Source: Candidatus Nitrosopumilus koreensis AR1
GTDB lineage: Archaea > Thermoproteota > Nitrososphaeria > Nitrososphaerales > Nitrosopumilaceae
DNA length: 32,000 bases
Assembly: GCF_000299365.1 (NCBI RefSeq)
Contig: NC_018655.1
Span: 900,001 to 932,000, forward strand
Reading direction: 5' to 3'
Every line of letters starts with the position of its first letter. The stretch's first letter is position 1. This document shows positions 1 to 9,900 of this stretch, in pieces. Below the pieces are notes generated by a model. That model made no database searches. It had not been told where the DNA came from and saw nothing but the letters and a program-made list of their open reading frames with translations. The position numbers and the translations under genes were made by a program.

Positions 1-1691
1 AAATCTAAATAGTTTTCAACATCTTCTTTTCCTGCAACACACATTGCAAACAAGTCATTTTGTATCGCCCATCTATCTACAGGAGGGATTTGTTTTTGGT
101 CTACCAACATCTTAAGATCAAGCAAGATACCATCATCATATTTTACACGATAAAATCCAGTACGTCCAATGTTTGCAACAAATCCAGGTCCTTTAGGTGA
201 TTTTACAGTAATGGATTTCTTTGTTATGAGTTTAGTCTTTGTTTCTTTTCCTAAACCATAAGTTAACGGAACATGCCACAATCCTTTTTGAGTTTTCTTT
301 GTAGGTTCCATCAAAAAGCGATTTTGTTTTATTACTAAGTCATTATTCTTTTGAGATATGTCAATCTGAGGAAATCCGGGCTGTTTTAGCCATGAATTTA
401 CCATTGTGCTGACAGGCATTTTTGATGCTTTGCCAATTGCATTCCACAAATCTTGTCCTTTTGCATTTTCATACTTGAATGTAGAGAGATATTTTTTGAG
501 ACCTGCCCTGAAATTGGCTTCGCCAACATAATTTTCAAGCATTCGCAAAATACAACCCCCCTTATCATATGATATCGCATCAAATATTTCTCGAATCTCA
601 GCAGGAGAGTTTACTTTAACATCAATTGGATGAGTGGTCTTTAATGCATCTAGACCCATTGCAGTGTTCATCGCATCTTCAATGAATTGATCCCAAAGAT
701 TCCATTCAGGATAAAACTTGTCAACAAATTTGGTCGCCATAAATGTTGCAAAGCTTTCATTTAGCCACAAATCATTCCACCATTTCATAGTAACAAGATT
801 ACCAAACCATTGATGAGCAATTTCATGGGAAATTACTTCAGCAATGAACTGTTTTGTTCTAGTAGATGATGTTTTAGGATCATAAAGTAAGATTGTTTCT
901 CTAAATGTTATTGCACCCCAATTCTCCATTGCTCCTGCCGCAAAATCAGGAATTGCAATCAAATCGAGTTTTGGTAACGGGTATTTTATTCCAAAGTATT
1001 TTTCATAAGATAAAAGTAACTTTTTTCCAAGTTCTAAAGAATATTTACCCTTTGATTTGTTTCCTTTTGTAGTTACAACTCTAATCTGAACTTTTCCAGT
1101 TTTTCCAATCAGGTATTCAAATTCACCCACACCAAGGTAAATCAAATAAGTTGACATAACAGGTGTTTTTTCAAATTGGTATAGTGTTTTATTTTTAAGT
1201 TTTTTCTTTGATTGAACTGGCATGTTTGATATCGCCGTAAACTTGTTATCAGCAATGATTGAGATTTCAAAGGTAGCCTTTGCTTCAGGTTCATCCCAAC
1301 ACGGGAATGCACGTCTTGCATCAGCTGCCTCAAACTGGGTAGTTGCAAGATATTTTGTTGTGTTACCTTGTTTGTATTGGCTGCGATAAAATCCCAATAA
1401 CCTGTCATTTAGAATTCCTTGAAATTCAAGATGAATTGTTGCTTCACCCTTAATTTTTTCTCCTAGTTTAATGGATAGACGTTCTTTCTTCTCATCAGTT
1501 TTTGGAGTGGATGTTATGATTTTTGAACCAAATTTCACAGTACAGGATTTTATTTTGATTTCTGCACAATCCATAGAAATAAGATTTGTTGGTTTTTTAC
1601 ACGAGACAGTAATGATTTCTGTTCCCAAGAAAATGAATTTTTTAAGATCTGGCTCAAATGTTAACTCATAATTTATGGGATTAACGTCCAC
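1..1691 (-). CDS. M1-family zinc aminopeptidase, C-terminus beyond window start
   Basis: Manual translation of the minus strand is open from a GTG at 1691 to base 1: VDVNPINYELTFEPDLKKFIFLG...AGAMENWGAITFRE...HEIAHQWFGNLVTMKWWNDLWLNESFA. GAMEN and HEXXH-x18-E motifs are present. Absent from the ORF track because truncated. Confidence 0.93.
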   Translation of the reverse strand, partial: MDVNPINYELTFEPDLKKFIFLGTEIITVSCKKPTNLISMDCAEIKIKSCTVKFGSKIITSTPKTDEKKERLSIKLGEKIKGEATIHLEFQGILNDRLLGFYRSQYKQGNTTKYLATTQFEAADARRAFPCWDEPEAKATFEISIIADNKFTAISNMPVQSKKKLKNKTLYQFEKTPVMSTYLIYLGVGEFEYLIGKTGKVQIRVVTTKGNKSKGKYSLELGKKLLLSYEKYFGIKYPLPKLDLIAIPDFAAGAMENWGAITFRETILLYDPKTSSTRTKQFIAEVISHEIAHQWFGNLVTMKWWNDLWLNESFATFMATKFVDKFYPEWNLWDQFIEDAMNTAMGLDALKTTHPIDVKVNSPAEIREIFDAISYDKGGCILRMLENYVGEANFRAGLKKYLSTFKYENAKGQDLWNAIGKASKMPVSTMVNSWLKQPGFPQIDISQKNNDLVIKQNRFLMEPTKKTQKGLWHVPLTYGLGKETKTKLITKKSITVKSPKGPGFVANIGRTGFYRVKYDDGILLDLKMLVDQKQIPPVDRWAIQNDLFAMCVAGKEDVENYLD

Positions 1692-1792
1692 GATTCAGGT
1701 GATTTTGATACTCTTTAAGTAGATTTTCTATTAAAATGTAAATCAGAAAATCAAATAAAGCCTTTAAAATATACAAAATATCGAATAGTATC

Positions 1793-2215
1793 ATGAAGCA
1801 AAAGGCACAAACAAGAAACATCAAGATTCTAGTTGCAAAATTAGGCCTTGATGGACATGATAGAGGAGCACTTGTTTTGTGTAGAGCATTTAGAGATGCA
1901 GGAATGGAAGTAATCTATTCAGGACTATTTGCAACACCAGAGCGAGTAGCACAGATTGCAGAAGACGAAGATGTTGATGCAATTGCAATGAGTTTGCTAA
2001 ATGGTGCACATGGAACACTATTTCCAAGAGTGGTCAAAGCCCTCAAAAAGAAAAAGATTAACGATGTGTTAGTTGTGGGAGGAGGAGTAATTCCAGAAAT
2101 TGATCATAAAGATTTGATTAAAGCAGGAGTTGACCATGTATTTGGACCAGGAACACCACTACCTACAATAATTAACCACATCAATACTGGGGTAGCAAAA
2201 TTAAGAAAAATATAA
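1793..2215 (+). CDS. Cobalamin-binding small subunit of methylmalonyl-CoA mutase-type enzyme
   Basis: KILVAKLGLDGHDRGALVLCRAFRDAGMEVIYSG with DxHxxG motif, later SLLNGAH and GGG motifs; 140 aa stand-alone B12 domain. Confidence 0.9.
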   Translation: MKQKAQTRNIKILVAKLGLDGHDRGALVLCRAFRDAGMEVIYSGLFATPERVAQIAEDEDVDAIAMSLLNGAHGTLFPRVVKALKKKKINDVLVVGGGVIPEIDHKDLIKAGVDHVFGPGTPLPTIINHINTGVAKLRKI

Positions 2216-2225
2216 GAAAAAAGAA

Positions 2226-3224
2226 TTATTCTGTGGAATCAGGCCACATCATTTTACGCATTTCTTTACCAACTTTTTCAATTTGGTGTTCGTCATATTG
2301 TTTCATGTATTTGTCAAATGCATCTTTTCCATTTTTCTGATATTCAGAAATCCACTCGTTGTTGAAAGTTCCATCTTGAATCATGGTTAGAACTTTTTTC
2401 ATGTTTTCTTTGTTTGCAGAATCCATTACCATTGGTCCACGTGTCAAACCACCATATCGTGCAGTCTCACTTACACGTCTCCACATTCCATTGATGCCAT
2501 ATCTTTGAATCATGTCTACAATGAGTTTGAGTTCATGTAGGACTTCAAAGTACGCAATTTCCGGTTGATATCCGGCTTCAACTAGAGTTTCAAATGCATT
2601 TGTCACCATAGAAGCTGCACCACCACATAGGTCTGCTTGTTCACCAAACCAATCAGTTTCTACCTCTTCTTTGAAAGCAGTTTTGATTAATCCAGCTCTT
2701 GCGCTTCCAATTGCTTTTGCAATTCCCAATGTTCTATCCCAAGCTTTTCCTGTAAAGTCTTGCTCAACTGCAACAATAGCAGGCGTTCCAAAATTATCAA
2801 GAAATGTTTCTCTTACTTTGGAGCCAGGTCCTTTTGGTGCAATCATGATTAAATCAACATTGTTTGGGGCTTCAATCCATTTCCAATAGATTGCAGCTGC
2901 ATGAGAAAATGACAATGCTTTTCCTTCAGAAAGATTTGGTCCGATTTCATCTTTGTATACTTGACCTTGAATCATATCTGGAATCAATATGTGAATAATG
3001 TCTGCTTGTTTTGTTGCATTTGCAACAGACATTACTTTATGACCATCAGCTTCGGCTTTTTTCCAGCTATTACCGCCTTCTTTAAGACCGATTATAACAT
3101 TAAGACCAGAGTCTTTCATGTTGTTTGCTTGTGCATCACCTTGTATTCCATAACCAATTACAGCTATAGTTTGATCTTTTATTGGATCAAGACTGATATC
3201 GGTATCTTTCCATGTTTGTGCCAT
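2226..3224 (-). CDS. ilvC: Ketol-acid reductoisomerase
   Basis: IAVIGYGIQGDAQANNMKDSG, LIMIAPKGPGSKVRETF, full-length 332 aa class I KARI. Confidence 0.96.
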   Translation of the reverse strand: MAQTWKDTDISLDPIKDQTIAVIGYGIQGDAQANNMKDSGLNVIIGLKEGGNSWKKAEADGHKVMSVANATKQADIIHILIPDMIQGQVYKDEIGPNLSEGKALSFSHAAAIYWKWIEAPNNVDLIMIAPKGPGSKVRETFLDNFGTPAIVAVEQDFTGKAWDRTLGIAKAIGSARAGLIKTAFKEEVETDWFGEQADLCGGAASMVTNAFETLVEAGYQPEIAYFEVLHELKLIVDMIQRYGINGMWRRVSETARYGGLTRGPMVMDSANKENMKKVLTMIQDGTFNNEWISEYQKNGKDAFDKYMKQYDEHQIEKVGKEMRKMMWPDSTE

Positions 3225-3263
3225 GGTTTTGGCATAATCTTTTGCAAATATTAACTATGAAAC

Positions 3264-3383
3264 TTAGATTTCAATGATTTTATCACATGAACGACATTTT
3301 ACAGTGACTTTGTCTCCAGGGAGTCGGGTAAATCTCTTGGAACCACAATTAGGACAAATAGGACAAGCACGTACTGGTTCCAT
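3264..3383 (-). CDS. 39-aa zinc-ribbon protein
   Basis: Manual translation: MEPVRACPICPNCGSKRFTRLPGDKVTVKCRSCDKIIEI*. CxxCxxC...CxxC pattern. ATG (3381-3383) shares a base with the nadM stop (3383-3385). Confidence 0.72.
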   Translation of the reverse strand: MEPVRACPICPNCGSKRFTRLPGDKVTVKCRSCDKIIEI

Positions 3384-3922
3384 TAGTGTTTTGTAGGATT
3401 TGTATCAGATTTAGAAATTACGGATAGTCTATTTTTAGCATCAATCTTTGTTAAGAATTCGTATACGGCATTTGGAACTGAATCTTTCCAGTTTTCATCA
3501 CAGATGATCATGGAGCGAATTTTAGTTGCATTGTATTGAGTTCTATCTAAAAATTCAGGTTTTACAACTGTGATTCCCGAATCTGCCAAAAGCATAGATA
3601 CATAATCATTACCACTATACACTTTATCAAAATGAGGTAATGCAGATTTCAAATACGACCCCCATGTTGCAATGTTGAATTGATTTTCAATAGAGACAAC
3701 AAAACATTTTTTCAAATCAAGACTTGCCTCCTTTATGGAATTATGAATCATCTCAATTCTTTCACCAGCAGTAAAGGGATCTTTTTCCAAATAATTGAAT
3801 TGTGCACTAGTTATTGCAATAACTACTTCATCACATTGATTAAGAATTTGTTTAACTAATTCCAAATGTCCTAAATGAAAAGGCTGAAACCTTCCCATCA
3901 CTAATCCACGCATGAAAACCAA
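3383..3922 (-). CDS. nadM: Nicotinamide-nucleotide adenylyltransferase, archaeal type
   Basis: GLVMGRFQPFHLGHLELVKQIL (GxFxPxHxGH) and C-terminal NATKIRSMI nucleotidyltransferase motif. Confidence 0.9.
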   Translation of the reverse strand: MVFMRGLVMGRFQPFHLGHLELVKQILNQCDEVVIAITSAQFNYLEKDPFTAGERIEMIHNSIKEASLDLKKCFVVSIENQFNIATWGSYLKSALPHFDKVYSGNDYVSMLLADSGITVVKPEFLDRTQYNATKIRSMIICDENWKDSVPNAVYEFLTKIDAKNRLSVISKSDTNPTKH

Positions 3923-3990
3923 ACATCAAATTAAATTAAAAATGTTTAAGAAATCAACATAATTCAGATAATATATTATTGATTTAGCAT

Positions 3991-6900
3991 TTAATTATTA
4001 ATTACACCTATACGGAATAGATGAGTCATGGCCTTTATGAAATCATCATCAGTAATTTTGTCAGTTGACCACCATCTAGCATAGTCTTTAACCCATTTTG
4101 GAATTTCATCTGGACGTTGAGAATCAACGTAATTTGCAGGTAATGCAGCAAGTTCATCAGTGATCAGGTATTCAATTCCATCAATAAATTCATCATCAGA
4201 CATTTCTCCTTTTACCCAAAATTGCACATAAGTTTTCACCCAAGGAGGAATAGAATCATCTACGGGCAACATTCCGCCAAATTCACCATCATCAGATGTA
4301 ACCACAATATACTCCTCCGGTTTTTCAATGCTAACAGGTTTGTCAAGAGGTTTAATTGTCAAGATTTCATTAAAAGTCTTGTATGTAGGATTCCTATCTT
4401 CGTTCCATAATTCAAAATACAAATCTGATGTATCCATAGATTTGTCAAAAGTCATAGCAAATTGCAGAATCAATAATGTAGGATCTTCTTTTTCCAATAA
4501 TTTGAATTCACTGTGTTTTAGTAAACCGTTAGGATCAGTAGTTTTAATTATTTCTTCAGAATATTTATCAAAGACAATCGAGGTATCATAATCTTTTGTC
4601 CTCAAGTCACCGCCAACACTATTAAAGTAAAGTCCAGCATGTTGAATGTGATTAATTCCCTGTCTCTCATACACCCCAACTCTAAACACTAATGTTTCAT
4701 CTGTTTTGAAAACCAAAGGTTCAATATTATCAGATAGATCGATTGTACGTAACGTACCACCTAAACCATTATCAGAATTTCCTAGAGAAATAAAAGTGGA
4801 ATCATTAACAGTGTTAATGCTAGAATAACTATCACCTACAGATACAAAATTCACAGTACCAAGTGCAAATTTGGAGTTTGAATTGGTTGTGCCTTCAGCT
4901 CTCCAACGATCATCACCAAGGAAAGTAATCGTAGGAGTAATAGTTTCATTCCAACGGATATTATTGTTCGCATCAAAATACTCATCACCAAAATCACCGT
5001 CGCCGTTTAGATCGTGTAAGATAACAACTTCATTTGGACTCAAACCCATGGCAGTTGCATCAGCAGTAGTGAATTCAAAGGAAACAGGGCAACCATTTGC
5101 ACAGTTAGCACCATCACTAGGCTCAATATCAACAGATACCCCAATCACAGCACTTACAACACCTTTGCCAGGAAGAGTTTCGCCATCAGCGCCAACTCTA
5201 GTAAAAGTCATAGTTCCTGAATTATCTTCAGGTAATTGTATAGATGCACTCATTCCAGCAGGTAGTTTTGTGTATCCTTTACCACCTTCAGACATGGACA
5301 AGATATTCTGGAAAGTACCAAAGCTTCCCTCCAGAGGTGGAGAGATAGAGGTTGAAGCAAGAGAGTCATCAGACACAATATTTCCAGATTCTCGAGCAAT
5401 GACTTGTAAACTACCCACTTCAGGAGGAACATCTACATCATCATCTAAAATTGTAATAACAAATGTAGAACCATCATCCCAGAACCCACGATAATCATCA
5501 CCTAATTCTTGAGTAAACTGAAATAGGGAATCAACCTCAGATTTAGTCAAAGTTCTTTCTTCATTATCTATTATTTCTAATTGTTCTGCAAAAGTTGGTT
5601 CTGTGTCGGCACCAAGACCATCTAATCTAGAATCTTTTGCAGCAGCTGTTTCATCATAAAGTGGAGTATTGGTTGGATCAGAGAATTCCACAGTAATGGT
5701 ATCACCCACAGAATAAGAGTCATCAGAGTTATCAGGATCATCTGCAATTACACTGATAATGGAAGGTCCAGCTTTTTTGGTGAAACTACCAGACAAAAGT
5801 GGAGAGACACCAGATAGAGGTTCAGACGTCTCTTGAGCGTTTGTTAGTTTAATTTGTGAATCTTTGACATTTAATCTAAATTCTCCAATAGTTGGATCGC
5901 CTCCAGTTGAATCAAGGATGGTAATTTTTAATTCAAATGGAGTAACCCAAGTTCCAACATAATCATTGCCCAAGCTTGCAGAACTTACACTACCATCATA
6001 ATTCTGATAATCAAACAGTGAATCTAGATATGATTTTGTAACATTACCACCATCATTATTTGTACCATTGGTGGCAATATCAAAGAGAATTGTGAATTCA
6101 TCACCATTTCCATAATTGCCAACTTGAACACCAGCATCAGGATCTGCTACTTGCACTGAGAAGATTGAAGGAGAAGGTGCAGCACCAAATGTTCCAGACA
6201 AAAGAGGAGATGTCGCAGTAGAAATTAGAGAAGATTCAGACTCATCTTGCAATCCAGCTGAGAGTTTTACTGACAAACTAAATGTTCCAACTGCAGGAGG
6301 TGCAGAATTACTAGAATCTTTTATTGTTATTTCAAACTTGGAAGGAGTAATCCATTTACCTGTATAATCATCACCTAGGGAATGCGAAAACTTGAAAATA
6401 CTATCAACATCACTTTTTGGTAATTCAGCATCTGAAAAGTCAGCCCGATTAGTGGTTTCAGAGAATTGGACAGTAATGGTATCCTTATTTCCATATCCTG
6501 ATGTAGTCAAGTGTAGAGGATCTGCTGCAACCAATGAGATTATTACGGGTCCTTCTTTTTCACCAAAAGTGCCAGTCAAAGTTGGCGAAACAGAATCAGA
6601 GGCAGATGAAGTCTTACCATCATCTTTAAGATTTGCAGATTCTTTCACAATAAATCTCAGAGTTCCAATTTCAGGAGGAGAATCAACACTGTCATCTTTA
6701 ATTGTCACAACAAACTTTCTATCAGTAACCCAATCTCCAGAATAATCATCACCTATTTCCTGAGACATTCTGAAAATACTGTCAACATCATCTTTGTCAA
6801 GAGAGTCATCCAGTTTAAAACCTGCAAGATTTGTTGGTTCTGAGAATCTAACAGTGATAGTATCACCTTCATTGTATCCCAAAGACTCTCCACTTTTAAC

Positions 6901-9900
6901 GCCGTCAGGATCATCAGCAATCAAGGATGTAATCAAAGGCCCTTCCTTTACTCCAAAGTTTCCAATCAATGCCAAGGATGTGGATGTCGATGCCTTTGAC
7001 GTACTATCTTTGTTGAGAATTGGGATACATCCAGTACAATCACCCTTTGCAGTAACAGTCAAAGTACCAATGGTAGGATTAGCAGAACCAGCATCACGTA
7101 TTGTAATGACAAATACTTTGTCGTTTACCCATGCTCCAACATAGTCATCACCAATTGATTGTGAAAATGTAAACATTGAATTGATATCAGCAGTTTTAGC
7201 TGCATTAGGACGGTTTGTTGCTTCGAGGAAGTTAACAGTGATAGTATCACCTGCATTAAAACCAGATACAGGAGTATCCTTAGCATCTGCAGCTTCAATT
7301 ATACCAAGTTCAGGTCCAGTAGGTTGTCCAAATGTTCCAGAAAGAAGTACAGACTTACTAGAAGATGATAATGATGTTTCATCTTTGTTTTTCAGGCCAG
7401 CACTAGATTTGATCGTAAGTGTAAACTGTTCTAATTTAGGATTACCTCCAGTGGAATTATCAATAGTTATTACCAAAGTTTTTGCGTCAGTCCAAACAGC
7501 AGAATATGCATTGGCATTTGTACCAAGGGTAGCTGTAGTTACATCTACACCATCATCATTGTTATAAGTAAACAAAGAATCGACATCATCTTTATCAAGC
7601 ACAGTATTGATTTTGCCAACTGGTTTCATGTTTGTGTTCTCAGAGAATACAGCAGTAATGACATCGCCATCACCATAATCGCCAGACTGGGTACTTCCAT
7701 CAGGATCAGATGCCTCTAAAAGAATTATTTTAGGTCCAAGTGAAATTCCCCAAGTACCAGATAAAGGAGGAGATATTGAAGTAGATTCAGCACTGGTTCC
7801 AGCAGCATTCTTTAGCCCAGAGCCAGTCTGCATCGACATAGTCATTGCACCAACTAAAGGATTGGCAGAACCAGTATTCGTAATTGTAATTTTGAATTCT
7901 TTATCATTTATCCATTTTCCATACATATCCTCACCAGATGTAGCAGATTTGAAAGCAATTTCTTTTGAGTTTTGAGCAAAGAAGAACAAACCACTAACCT
8001 GATCCTCATTTAGTGTTTGAGTTAAGGTGTACCCAGCTCGATTTGTATCTTCTGAGAATCTTACGGTAATTGTGTCACCAGAACTAAATCCAGTGTCAGT
8101 TCCACCATCAGGATCATTTGCAGTAATTGATGTGATTAGCGGGCCAGCAGCATTTACAAAGTCAGCAACCAATCTTGGAGATGTATCAGTAGAAATTAAC
8201 GAAGACTGTGATTGATCACGAAGTTTACCTGAAGATTTTATTGTTACAGTAGTAGCATCAGTATTTGTAGAACCACCAAGTGGAGTAAATTTAACACCAT
8301 TGCCAGTAGTATCCAAGATAGTAATTACAAGAGTAGTGTCACTTCTCCACGAACCAATGTAGTCCTTGCCAATAGAGTCTGAGAAAGACAAAAGATTATC
8401 GATTTCTTTCTTATCTCCAGCCTTTGGACGGTTTGTTGGTTCATTGAATTTTATAGTAAGTGTGTCATCTTTGGAATATCCAGAGTCACTAGTGACAGGA
8501 TCAGCGCCAACAAAACTGACTATTTCAGGTCCAGGTTCTCTGCCTTCATTAATAGTAGTAAATGCCATGATTTTGGTATGAGCAATTAGACCACCGGCAT
8601 TGTTTGCACGATCTACAGCAAGTTGGAATTCAGGTGCAGGTTCTTCCAAAAAGTGAATTTTCCACAACAATGTTTGGGCAAAATTAGAGCCAGCAGATGC
8701 CCCACCTTGGCTTTGTAGTGGGAAGCTATCAATAGTGTTAGCATCACCATCATCAGGAACTGATGTTTGAGTAATAATTCTAGTATCAGAAGAAGTTCCA
8801 ATGTCGGTTCCTTCATACAACATCAAATTATCTAGTTTTTCACTACCAGAATCAGTATCATCAAAATTAGCATGTGCAAGAATTACAAGTCCAGTACCAG
8901 TACCAAATGACTCAAATGAAAATGCATCACCAATTTTGTTTTCACCACTTTTATCTGAGGTAGCACTCCATGCATTTGAGTTCTTTTTGTAATCAACTTT
9001 AGATGGCTGAAGCACCAAAATCTTTGCTTCAGCTTGAACAGAACTTCCAAGTTCATCATCATCAGTAGGGCCACCATTTGAGTCATCAATAGCCACATTA
9101 TCTAGTAAAACTTTGTAGGTAGATGCAGATGCAGCGGATTTATCTTCTCCCATAAGGAGAACGTGTAATGCTTTGGCACCTTCATTCTGGGCAGATTTTT
9201 TATTACCTTGAGCATCAGGGTTTGCACCTCTACCAAAATTGAATTTTAGTAAATTAGAATCAAGGTCAGTTATGGTACCAGCAGTATCTTTAACTAATCT
9301 AAGACTGCCTGCAGGCAAATCCAACAATTCAGTTCCATCATTATAGAGTTGAACAGATGCTAACACTACGTTATCAAGATTGTTACCAACAGTAAAGTCA
9401 GTAGTGGCAGATGCAATAACTGCGTCATCTGCATCTTTGGCAACAGTAAGAGCAGCACCATCAACAAATTTTACTTCAGAGACATTTTCAAATCCAGTCA
9501 ATTTTGCTTGAGCATAAGTAGCATCATTACCAGCAGAATCAAAACATGCGCGTACCAGATAATGAGCATTTGCAGAACCGCTAGTTACAGATGCAAACAA
9601 GTCATAGTTGTTATGAGAATTAGCCTTGTTAAGGAAAATCGGGAATTGGTTCGAAGCCAAGTCAACATGAGAGTTTGGATTTGATGCATCAACAAGATAA
9701 ACATGAGCTTCAGTCAGTTTTGAAGAGCTTCCTTTGGTAAATTGTATGGAGGCAATTAAGGTGTGAGGATTGTCACTTGAAGGAGCATTAAAGTCACTTT
9801 CAAAGTCAGCAATTGTAGTTCTAGTAGTACATTTTGTAATTTCCACTCCGCGGTCATCTATCAATCCTGGAACATCAAGTGCTTCATTTTCACTTGCATC

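Noticed and set aside
398-1408. Minus-strand ORFs at 398-583 and 1142-1408
   Set aside because: Out-of-frame ORFs inside the M1 aminopeptidase gene, which I translated manually in the main frame.
3984-3993. TTAGCATTTA near the 3' end of the giant gene
   Set aside because: No paired site, no appropriately oriented promoter or gene; partly overlaps the stop codon.
4871-8581. Long plus-strand ORFs (4871-5494, 6392-6745, 6794-7144, 7181-7567, others) opposite the giant gene
   Set aside because: They mirror the repetitive, biased codons of the giant surface-protein gene and show no coherent domain; they recur at equivalent repeat positions.
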